NCBI GenBank assembly: GCA_963807925.1
Contig: CAWEDP010000002.1
Location: forward strand, 3,249,080 to 3,313,079
DNA length: 64,000 bases
Reading direction: 5' to 3'
Origin: an uncultured Acidobacteriota bacterium
GTDB taxonomy: Bacteria > Acidobacteriota > Vicinamibacteria > Vicinamibacterales > CAVVIG01
A program made the translations under genes and the position numbers. Under the pieces are notes generated by a model, which worked only from the letters and a program-made list of their open reading frames with translations, ran no database searches and was not told the origin of the DNA. Shown here in pieces: positions 9,430 to 18,768 of the stretch (within the stretch, counting starts at the first letter, position 1; the number at the start of each line of letters is the position of its first letter).

Positions 9430-12400
9430 CTAGAATTCGAATTTTAGTTGCACGGCGATCATTCGCGGTGAATTATCGCCGCCCAGTCCGACACCGAGCA
9501 AACCCGTCGGCGGTGAGGTCGTGTACGTGAGCGCACCGAACCCGGTTTGCGTACTCGGCTCACCGGGAATGCCCGCAGTCGACGTCGGAAGCGCAAAGTT
9601 CGCGCGGTTGAACAGGTTGAACACTTGCAGTTCCGCTCGCACCGTCGTCCGTTTCGAGCGGGCGATCCGTTTGCTCACGTACAGATCGCTCCAGACGAAC
9701 TGCGGGCCGCGTACGGATTGCGACCGAGATCCCCAAACTGACACGTCGCCAGCGAGTCTCCGCCGCGACAGGCGCCGGTACTCGGATCGACGCTCGAGAC
9801 AAAGGCATCCGGATTCAACCACTGGAGCGTGCCTGGCGGTGTGACACCCGTAATCGGCATCGTGGTGTACAGCGGCACGCCCGGTACGACGCTCGCGAAC
9901 TGCGGGCCGCCGCCGTTGATGATGCCGTGGCCGTTTGCGGAATACGGCGCGCTCTGCACGGTGAAGGGCACACCAGTGTGCCAGAAGAAGGTCTCCGAGA
10001 TTTGCCAGCCGTTGATCAGCGCAGCCAGCCACGGACGTGACGCGTGCGCGGGCAGCTCGTACGTGTACGACGCCGTGAGGTTGTGGCGAATGTCGTAATC
10101 GGCGTCGCCGAACTGCCGGGCGAGCTCGCCGGGCAGCGGCGAGAGCAGCGCCCCCGCCGAGAACGGCAGGAATCCGCCGTTCGAAACCGCGTCCTGCGAG
10201 TGACTCCACGTGTAGTTGGCGATCCACGACAACCCGGCGCTCGGGCGGCGCTGCAGCGTGAGTTGCAGGCCGTTATACCGGCTCGTCGCATTCGACATGA
10301 ACTGCGTCACGTCGCCAAAGCGGGGATCGGGCGGCTTCCCGTACGGATACGGTGCGAAGCAGCCGTCGCACACCGTCTGATAGCCGTTCACATGCATTTG
10401 GTACGTGAGGTCGTAGCCGCGCGTGCCGACATACTGCGCGCGAAGCATCATGCGCGCCGGCAGCTCCCGTTCGAAACCGGCGCTCCACTGCAAGTAGAAG
10501 GGCACGGCGAGGCCGCCGGGCGGCAGCGCGGTCACGTTCACGGGTGGGAGGCACGCGCTCGGATTCGCGAGCGCCGAGGCACATGAGCGCTCGCCGTTTC
10601 GAAACCCAGAGAGGAAGGCTTGGTTGGCCGCGGCCGTCGCATCGACGGCGCTGTTCGGCACACCGGGCGCGATCGCCAACCCGCCGGCTGATCCTAGCAA
10701 CCCGCCTTGAAAGCTGTTCACGAACGGCGGGTTGGGAGCGAGCGCGTCGATCAGGCTGCCCGCCGGCAACAGATCGCCGAACACCCCGAACCCGCTGCGC
10801 AGCAGCGTGCGCGGTGTCACTTGCCACGCGAGACTGGTGCGCGGCTGCCAGATCGCGCCCGGCCGCGCGTTGAGCACCCGAGACTGATTCGTCGCCATGA
10901 CGGAATCGATCGGTTGATTGATGTCATGCGCCATCTGATCGAACGAGGTGTTCAAGCGCGTCAGCGCGGACGACGGGCTAGACGGATTCGAGATCCAGGC
11001 GGTTCGCAACCCGATCGTCCACGTGGCGCGGTCAGACAGCTTGATGGCATCCTGCGCGAACACGTCGATATTGTTGACGCGGAACGCCGTGATCGGAGCG
11101 GCTGGGAAGGCGCGCGTCGCCGTCGAGGCGACGCCATAGATGAATTGCGGCAGCGTCGTGTAGGTGACGACCGGCGTGGTGCCTGCGCCGAAATCATAAT
11201 CGTCGAACCGAAGCCATCGGATACTTTCGCCGAATCGCCACTCGTGCCGCCCGGCCGTCCAGGTCACATCATCGTTCACGTGGAACCGTGTGGCTTTGCG
11301 ACCCTGCGGCCACAAGTAGTCGAGCCCGCCCAGCGTGGCGAAGGGGACGTTCGGTCCCTGCCCTTGCAGCACGATTGGGAAGGCCGATAAGGTCGCCCCG
11401 AGATCCGACGGCGCGAACACGCTCGAATACCACGAGAACGACGGATTGAAATGGTTCACGAGGTGATCGCTGAAAATGTGGGTGTAGCCCGACACGAACG
11501 AGTACAGCGGCTGTGGCGAGATCGCGTGAAACAGCGGACTGATGGGATCGGTGTATGCGGCCTGGAGGCCCGTGTCGGCCTGAAGCCGATACCAGACGAG
11601 GTTGTTCGGGTTGACGTTCTGATCGATCCGCAGCGTGAACACCTGCTCATGGTCCGGACTGCTAAGTGTGACGTTCTGTCGATTCGCGCAGCCGTCGCCA
11701 TTAGGCACCGCGCCAGTCGCGACGCCGCCCGCCGCGATTAAGGGACAGCCCAGGACAGGCAGCGGCTGCCCTGCCGTGCTGCGGTACAGCGAGAACATTC
11801 GTTGATAGAAGGGCACAAGCTGCGGCGCGGCCGGATAGGTCGTGCCTGAAATGGCGTCCACGCCGCCGCGCGGTAGTTGGCCGAGGATGTACTGCTGGAA
11901 TGCCATCGTCGGTACCGTAACCGTTGTGGCGATCGGCACGCGGATGCGGACCTGCTCGAAGTCCGCGAAGAAGAACACCTTGTTTTCGCGGACAGGTCCG
12001 CCGAGACTGCCGCCGTAATGCACGACCTGCGTGTCCGGCTTCTGTCCCCCAACCAGAGTCGTGAAGTAGTTGGCGGCGTTCAGCGCCGATCCATTCCACA
12101 GGCCGTAGGCGTTGCCGTGGAACGCGTTCGTCCCGGACTTCGTGACGTAGTTGACTTGCGACGCCGCGTACCGCCCCTGGTCGACTCGGTACGACGTCGT
12201 GTTGACGGTTACTTCCTCCATCGAATTCATCCCGAGTACCAGGTTCGTTGCCAAACCGCTGTTCAGATTCGTCAACGGATCGTTCGTCTCAAGGCCGTCG
12301 ACGATGAAGCCGTTGGACGTGCCGGGCAAGCCATTGACCTGGAAGTTGCCAAACCCGCTGGGACCGCCGACGAAATCATTGCCGGAGCCTGCCGTATTCA

Positions 12401-12914
12401 TCAGCGCGCCGGCCGCGAGTTGCGCCGGGAACGTGATATCGCCACCGGGGTTGGGCAGGCTCTCGATGGCCGCTACCGCGAAGGTGGTCGTTGTGTTGGG
12501 ATTGCGCGTGTTCAGCACGGGTGGTTCCGCGGACACGCTGACGGAGGCCGTGAGTCCCGCAATGGGCAGCGTCAACGTGATGGTTTCCGTGCGGCCAAGG
12601 GGGACGGTAACCGGCTGCTCCACTCGCTCAAATGCTGGGGCTTCGGCTTCCACCCGGTAGCGACCGGGCTGCACATGTGGAAACGAAAAACGACCCTCGA
12701 TGTCTGACGAAACCGTACGGCGAAAGCCCGTGTCCAGGTAGATGACGGTGATCGTGGCACCGCCGATGGCGCCCCCGCTCGGATCGACGACCTGCCCACC
12801 GAGTCCGCCCGTGGTCTCGCTCTGTGCGGAAGCGATGACCGGGAACGCCACGCTCATCAAGGTCGCCGCGAAGAACGCGCAGTATCGGACCGTCTGGTGC
12901 CGCAGGATGTGCAT
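9430..12914 (-). pseudogene. TonB-dependent receptor with N-terminal carboxypeptidase-regulatory-like domain, one frameshift near the 3' end
   Basis: Signal peptide MHILRH..VIASAQSE. CarboxypepD_reg-like GRFSFPHVQPGRYRVEAEAPAF. The 1079-aa ORF (9675-12914) stops early. The final barrel strands, ending ..IAVQLKFEF, lie in the frame of ORF 9430-10227. 1-nt shift at ~9717 (FGDLGRN|SVRGPQFVWSDLY). Confidence 0.8.
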
Positions 12915-12915
12915 A

Positions 12916-12954
12916 GATTTTGACTATTCAAACTCAGCATCTATGCTAATCGAA
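12916..12954 (-). promoter_or_regulatory. Conserved upstream module shared with the second receptor gene (blocks ATTTTGAYTAYTCAAA and TATGCTAATCGAA)
   Basis: Aligns without gaps to 40750-40789 (28 of 40 identical by hand count; 13-nt block identical). It sits immediately upstream of the receptor ATG (12914). Contains TTTGA-N4-TCAAA and TCAGCAT-CT-ATGCTAA inverted repeats. Confidence 0.4.
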
Positions 12955-13553
12955 ATCGCCTGGGCTGGCGCGTCAATCTCCCGGTCGACAATCGGCAAGG
13001 CTCGCAGCAAGTCGGCCATCACGTAAGGGCCGACGTCTTGAGCTGCGCGGAGGCGCGGTCAAGGTCCGAAGCGCCGCGGAACGTGGCGGCGGAGCATAGC
13101 GACGAGACCTTGACGGCGCCGAGCACAGCGGGATGCTGAAAGACGTGATGGCCGCGGTGCACATCGCAGGTCACAACTCGCCGCAGATCCTGGGTCAGTA
13201 CGAGGCCCAGAACGCGGTCACCGAGACGCCACAGATCAAACGCAGAACGCCGCTCTGATTGCCGTTCTGAGGGCGCAGATCCGCTCACGCTTCCCGCGCC
13301 ACGTGCAGGCTTCAGCGACACGCAAGCCGTGGTGTGAACGACCCCATCCGTTCAGGCGCAGGGCCACCCTGCGCGCGCCACGCCATCGTGATCACCTGTT
13401 CCACGCCATCGTGATCACTCATTCCACGGCATCGTGATCACCCGTTCCACGGGTCGTGATCACCGATTCCACGCCTCGTGATCACCGGTCGGCGACGCTG
13501 AGCCAAGGGTTCTGCCATCGTGGCTTGGGCGACATCCCGTCCCAAGGAGTGCG

Positions 13554-15128
13554 ATGGCCACGGAACGACTGCTCATGCGACACATTCGAGAGATTCTGCG
13601 GTTGAAATGGACATTACGCCGGAGTCACCGGGACACGGCCCGGAGGCTGGGGATCAGTGCGGGCGCCGTCGCCTCGGTGATGACCCGGGCCAAGGCGATG
13701 GCGCTCACCTGGGACGCCGTCGGCACCCTCAGCGACGACGCGTTGGAGCGCACCCTGTATGGGCCGAAGCTCGCGTTGACCGTCGCCCGGCCGGGGCCCG
13801 ATCTGGTGTGGATGCACACCGAGTTACGGCGGCCGGGCGTGACGCTGGAGCTCCTGCATCTCGAGTATCTGGCGACGCATCCCGACGGCTACCGGTATTC
13901 GGCGTTCTGCGGGCACTACCGGCGCTGGCTGGCGCAGCAGCGCACCTCGATGCGCCAGGTCCACACGGCGGGCGAGAAAACGTTTGTCGATTACGCAGGG
14001 CAGCAGCCGTCGTTGGTGGACCCCACGACCGGCGAGATGGTCCCCGTCGAACTCTTTGTCGCCGTGCTCGGGGCCTCCAACTACACCTACGCCGAGGCCA
14101 CGCTCACCCAGCGCAGCGTCGACTTCATCCAGAGTCACACGCGGACCGTGGAGTATTTCGGCGGTGTCTCTGCGGTGGTCGTGCCGGATCAGCTGCGGAC
14201 CGGCGTCACCGATCCCTGCCGGTACGAGCCGACCATCCAGCGGACGTATGCGGACTGGGCGCGGCACTACGGCACGGCGATTGTCCCCGCCCGGCCGGCC
14301 AAGCCGCGCGATAAAGCGAAGGTCGAAGTCGCGGTCCAAGTCGCCGAACGCTGGATCCTCGCCCGGCTGCGGAACGAGACCTTCTTCGCCCTGGTCGCGT
14401 TGAACGCCCGGATCGCCGAACTCCTCATCGATCTCAATGACCGTCCGATGAAAGGGTACGGCGGCGCCTCGCGCCGCGCGCTCTTCGAGCGCTTTGATCG
14501 GCCGGCGCTGCAGCCGCTCCCGCGGGATCGCTACGTCCACGCCGATTGGCGCCACGCGCGCGTCAACATCGATTACCACGTCGAGGTCGATCGGCACTAT
14601 TACTCCGTTCCTCATGCGTTGATTCACGCCGCCGTCGAGATCTGCCTGACGGCGACGACGGTCGACGTGCTGCTGCGCGGCGTGCGCGTGTGGCTCCACG
14701 TGCGCAGCTATCTGCCCGGTCGCCACACGACCATCCCGGAGCACATGCCGAAGGCGCACCGCGCGCATCTGGAGTGGAGCCCTTCCCGCTTGATCGGCTG
14801 GGGCGCCACGATCGGGCGCCACACCGAGGCGCTGGTCCAGGCGCTGCTCGAGAGCCGGCCCCATCCCGAGCAGGGGTATCGCTCGTGCCTGGGCATTCTG
14901 CGGTTGGCGAAGCAGCATGGCTCGGACCGGCTCGATGCCGCGTGCGCCCGCGCGCTCGCCGCCGGCGCGCGCTCCTATCGTCACGTCGAGTCGATCCTCA
15001 AACACGGCCTGGACCGTCTGCCCCTGGACGGCGAGCCCGCGCCGAGCGCGCGGCCCGTGCATGCCAACGTCCGCGGCCCTGCGTACTACGAACCGCCTGA
15101 TGCCGAAGGAGACCGCCATGCTGACTGA
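13554..15128 (+). CDS. istA: IS21-family transposase IstA
   Basis: 524 aa. N-terminal HTH (MRHIREILRLKWTLRRSHRDTARRLGIS) and a DDE core region (FVDYAGQ..., VVPDQLRTG...). Confidence 0.92.
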   Translation: MATERLLMRHIREILRLKWTLRRSHRDTARRLGISAGAVASVMTRAKAMALTWDAVGTLSDDALERTLYGPKLALTVARPGPDLVWMHTELRRPGVTLELLHLEYLATHPDGYRYSAFCGHYRRWLAQQRTSMRQVHTAGEKTFVDYAGQQPSLVDPTTGEMVPVELFVAVLGASNYTYAEATLTQRSVDFIQSHTRTVEYFGGVSAVVVPDQLRTGVTDPCRYEPTIQRTYADWARHYGTAIVPARPAKPRDKAKVEVAVQVAERWILARLRNETFFALVALNARIAELLIDLNDRPMKGYGGASRRALFERFDRPALQPLPRDRYVHADWRHARVNIDYHVEVDRHYYSVPHALIHAAVEICLTATTVDVLLRGVRVWLHVRSYLPGRHTTIPEHMPKAHRAHLEWSPSRLIGWGATIGRHTEALVQALLESRPHPEQGYRSCLGILRLAKQHGSDRLDAACARALAAGARSYRHVESILKHGLDRLPLDGEPAPSARPVHANVRGPAYYEPPDAEGDRHAD

Positions 15129-15849
15129 ACCGACCCTCGATCGCCTCCGCGCCCTCCGTCTCGGCGCGATGGCCGACGCGTACCGGACGCAGCTGCAGGA
15201 CCCGGCGATCGGGGCCCTCAGCTTCGACGAACGCGTCGGCCTGCTCGTCGACGCCGAGCATCTCTCGCGCGACAATCGCAAGCTCGCCCGCCGGCTCAAG
15301 GAGGCCAAGCTGCGCATGGCCCAGGCCTGTCTCGAGGATCTCGAGTACGCGCCGCGCCGCGAGCTCGATCGGGCGCTGATGCGCCAGCTCGCGACCGGCC
15401 GCTGGATCGCCGAACACCGCAACGTCCTCATCACCGGCGCAACCGGCGTCGGCAAGACCTACGTGGCGTGCGCACTGGGGCAGCACGCGTGTCGGCAGGG
15501 CTACCGGGCGATCTACCGGCGATTCCCGCGCTTCTTTCAGGAGCTGGCGCTCGCACGCGCCGATGGCTCCTACACGACCGTGCTCGCGCGGCTGGCGCGC
15601 GTGGACGTCCTGATTCTCGATGACTGGGGCCTCGCCGCCGTGACCGATGTGCAGCGCCAGGATCTCCTCGAGGTGATGGAGGATCGCGACGCCACGCGCT
15701 CGACGATCATCACGAGTCAGCTGCCGCGCGATCAGTGGCACGCGTATCTGGGTGACCCGACGATCGCCGACGCCGTCCTCGATCGCCTCGTCCACAACGC
15801 GTATCCGATCACGCTGAAAGGCCCGTCGCGACGCAAGGAGAAAGCCTGA
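15118..15849 (+). CDS. istB: IS21-family helper ATPase IstB
   Basis: The ATG at 15118 overlaps the istA end. Walker A ITGATGVGKTYVACALG and Walker B VLILDDWG. Confidence 0.92.
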   Translation: MLTEPTLDRLRALRLGAMADAYRTQLQDPAIGALSFDERVGLLVDAEHLSRDNRKLARRLKEAKLRMAQACLEDLEYAPRRELDRALMRQLATGRWIAEHRNVLITGATGVGKTYVACALGQHACRQGYRAIYRRFPRFFQELALARADGSYTTVLARLARVDVLILDDWGLAAVTDVQRQDLLEVMEDRDATRSTIITSQLPRDQWHAYLGDPTIADAVLDRLVHNAYPITLKGPSRRKEKA

Positions 15850-16353
15850 GTGGAGCGACGGGCCGTGGACGCTGCCGGACCCGTGGACGCACAGACCGCG
15901 CCCACCGGTCCTTGGAAAACCGCCGCGGTTTTCCACGAGCGCCCACCGCCATCATCGAATCGTGAAAGGAACAAGAACAGAACGACGAGAGAAACCGAAA
16001 ACCGAGCCACTATCACTGGAGGCGAACACCGGATAACCTATCCCGCAGCTCAGCGTCGCGTCGCTCCGATCACGATGCCGTGGTCCGCGTGATCACGATG
16101 GCGTGGACGGACTGATCACGATGGGTGGAATGCGCAGCCACCCTGCGTCGCCCGCACCGGGGTCGTTCACACCACGGCTTCCTCATCAATCAGACGCGGT
16201 GTGCGCGCTGACGGGCGGCAGACTACGCCGCCCGATCGCGGCGATGCTGCCGCGAAACGCTTGCGAGGGCGTGCGATTCGCAAACTTCGTGCGCGCGATG
16301 GATTGCTGTCTGCTGGCTGGAAGCGGAGCACGGTCGAAATGGTTCAGGACAAC

Positions 16354-17437
16354 CTACGCGGTCGCTAGGTTGTCCCCCCCGTGGAGCCCTTTCTCGACCC
16401 CGTCGGCTGTACCGATGAGCGGTGCGAGCTGCAAGTACTGATGCGGAAGTTCGGCGAATTCGACGCGCCCCTCTCCCCGCTGGAGCTGGTCTCGAAGGGC
16501 CGGCGTCTGCATCGCCCGGAGCGCCTGCACACCGCGTTGCTGCCACACGCGATAGAGCGCATCGAAGCGAGCGGCACCGAACTTACGAGCGGTCGTCGTG
16601 ACGTCGAGATCACGGTCAGCCGAGGGGCACACAACCTCGCCCCGACGCGCGCGGAAGTACCAGTCCAGTTCGTCGACCTCACGCGGGGTCAACGGTATCA
16701 GGAACGCGTCGCGCACGGCATAGCGATAGAGCGCGACCGCCTTGCGGAAACGGCGCGGCAGCAGCACGCGAACCGTCCATTCATCGACCCACCTCAACAG
16801 GTCCGCGTGGCGCAGCAGGAATACCCGAAACTCGGTCGGCACTTCGCGCGTCGCAAGGTACGAAAAACACGTGTCGCCGGTGGCCTTTGAGCGGCACGCC
16901 GATTGGCAACTTCTCGGGAAAGAATCGCGTCGTCTTCTCAGTCTCGGTGCCGTAAGTGAGATGCGGGTACCAGTCGTCCGACAGCTCCCTGTCGAGGGCT
17001 TCGCGAAAGTACGCGCGCTTGTCGTGCTCGGTGCCCAGCCAGCTGTGCCGCCGGTCCGCGAGCACGGCGTCCAGGAGCATCAGGCGTTCGACGAACCGTC
17101 CCAGAGAGGCTGGCTTTCGGTGGCGATTATTTGGTTCGCCGATCGCCTCGTAGAGCGGCTTGTACTGGACGTGATACAGCCGCCCGCGGTGCAGCGCGCC
17201 AGGCGTGATGAGGGTAGCGTATCCCTCCCTCACGAGCTTGGTCAGAAAGTCGTGCGTCTTCTGCCCATGCGCCAGGCCCGTGAACGCGCGGTACTGCCGT
17301 TCGAGGAATACGCCGGAGAAGACGAGGACGTGGACGAGAAACCGTGCTTGGCGGATCGGAAAGCCCAGATCCATGAGCGCCTGGATCCGACCCGGGCGGA
17401 CGCTCTCGTCCATGTAACACGGGACCAAGCGCATCAT
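16354..17437 (-). pseudogene. hypothetical wHTH-like protein (~360 aa) with one frameshift
   Basis: ORFs 16781-17437 and 16354-16842 join into one protein with a shift at ~16860. N-terminal IRQARFLVHVLVFSGVFLERQY. Possibly replication-relaxation-like (from memory, unverified). Confidence 0.45.
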
Positions 17438-18399
17438 ACGAAGTCCTCGGCCACGCGCGGATCGAAGCCGCGCCCGCCACTCCGGCCGCCGCCTCCGTAG
17501 CAGCGGAATCCCAATCTCGCCACGCCCCGAGCGTGCGCCCCTCGGTAGTGCTCGGTGACGACTTCCACGTCCTCGTGGCGGTCGCGTCCGTCGAGTTCGT
17601 ACTCAATGCGGAAGTCCGGGAAGTGGACCGACTCATCGAAGTGCGGGAGGTCATGGTCGCGCGCCCATTCCTCGATCTCGCGAGCGTCGCGATCCGGTCG
17701 CCCGTCGCTGTCCGGCCGACCGCGATTCGAGTCCTGCAACCACTCCTGATACTCGCGCTTGAGCTCGTGCTCGAGGACGACGCCGCGGATGTCCGCGCCC
17801 TGCTTCCGAAGTCGCTCCTCTTCACGCAAGTACGCCCGATAGAGTTGGACGTCGTGCGACAGTTCACGGGCTCGGTTCACGCCGGCATAGAACGTTTGCC
17901 CGCGTCCGTCGTCGTGCTCGCGACGATTGGCATCCAGGAGGTGGCGCCCGCGTTCAGTCAGTGTGACAGCACGATCACGACCATCCAGTGCGACGAACCG
18001 CATGAGGCCTTCGTCGCGGAGGTGCCGCAGGTCAGGTTCTCGCGCCTCGCCGGACTCGTCCCGGGGATCCCTGAGATCGCGCTCCGCCACGACCCGAAAC
18101 GCGCCGACGGTTGCGAGCGAGCGGCTGTCGTCGCCGTTCAGTTCGTACCGGTGATCGCCGTCCATCACGACCTCCCGTTCGAGACCGCGCGGCAGTTCAA
18201 GCCCACCGAGGAAGACATCTCGTGGATCGATCTCGCGGTCGCGTGAATCGCGATCTCGATCGCGAGTGTCGTCGTCACGGTCACGAGGGTCGTCCGCTTC
18301 GCGATCAGAACTGGGACCGCGCCCCAATTCGATCCAGGGCATGTCTACGTCACGTTTTTCGTCGCGCTCCAGATCTCGCGGGTCAAGATCGAAATCCAC
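17434..18399 (-). CDS. hypothetical protein with Asp/Arg-rich N-terminus, wHTH-like segment and PD-(D/E)xK-like C-terminal motif
   Basis: 321 aa. Its stop overlaps the next gene start (ATGA at 17434-17437). Low complexity RDRDDDTRDRDRDSRDREIDPRD. FVALDGRDRAVTLTERGRHLL. SHD...PDFRIEYE...DVEVVTEHY. Confidence 0.5.
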   Translation of the reverse strand: MDFDLDPRDLERDEKRDVDMPWIELGRGPSSDREADDPRDRDDDTRDRDRDSRDREIDPRDVFLGGLELPRGLEREVVMDGDHRYELNGDDSRSLATVGAFRVVAERDLRDPRDESGEAREPDLRHLRDEGLMRFVALDGRDRAVTLTERGRHLLDANRREHDDGRGQTFYAGVNRARELSHDVQLYRAYLREEERLRKQGADIRGVVLEHELKREYQEWLQDSNRGRPDSDGRPDRDAREIEEWARDHDLPHFDESVHFPDFRIEYELDGRDRHEDVEVVTEHYRGAHARGVARLGFRCYGGGGRSGGRGFDPRVAEDFV

Positions 18400-18768
18400 A
18401 ATGCACCTCCGTCAGCGAATAGCGCCAGCCGTGAGCCACGGCCTAAGGCCGAAGCAATATGACTGTGGGCGTCAGGCAGCGACCTGAGTCAATGCCGGAC
18501 GCTTACCGAGGTTGGCGCGCTCGTCGGGCTCTGTAGCGACGACGAGCCGCCTGGCGGGTGTGCAGGTTTGAAGCGAAGAATCCGCCGATCACCGTTATAG
18601 CGCTCGACTGGCGAGCGAGCAAGCACGTCGACTCACACACGCCGACAACAACGCGCACGTTCTCGTTGATAGTTTTCCACCTGCGGCGACAGAGCGATGC
18701 CGGCGGCAATCAAGCATTGCCCTGTGCTCGCCGACGTCAAGGTGTACGCGACATTGTGCCTCCTCAGG

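Larger units (their letters stand above)
13324..16180 (+). mobile_element. IS21-family insertion sequence, copy 1 (apparently complete)
   Basis: Perfect 22-bp terminal inverted repeat AAGCCGTGGTGTGAACGACCCC (13324-13345 / 16159-16180). Five 23-bp-period subterminal repeats CCACGCCATCGTGATCAC at 13378-13485 and three inverted copies at 16068-16128. Intact istA-istB. No clear target duplication. Confidence 0.85.

Noticed and set aside
12917-12933. TTTGA-N4-TCAAA upstream of both receptor genes as an FNR/CRP box for the Crp/Fnr regulator at 52068
   Set aside because: The TTGA/TCAA half-sites are separated by 4 nt instead of the 6 nt implied by TTGAT-N4-ATCAA, and the flanking bases do not fit. 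It is kept only as an unassigned inverted repeat within the conserved module.
12973-13321. Minus-strand ORF fragments (e.g. ..FDLWRLGDRVLGLVLTQDLRR..) between receptor 1 and IS21 copy 1 as a truncated gene interrupted by the IS
   Set aside because: No continuation was found on the other side of the IS (16181 onward). No motif could be assigned, and the frames are inconsistent. Left unannotated.
13378-13485. Regularly spaced 23-bp-period repeats that could look like a mini-CRISPR array (also 22431-22590)
   Set aside because: The 'spacers' are only ~5 nt. The units sit at the ends of IS21-family elements with inverted copies at the other end (16068-16128). They fit the multiple IstA-binding terminal repeats known for IS21. 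There are no cas genes.
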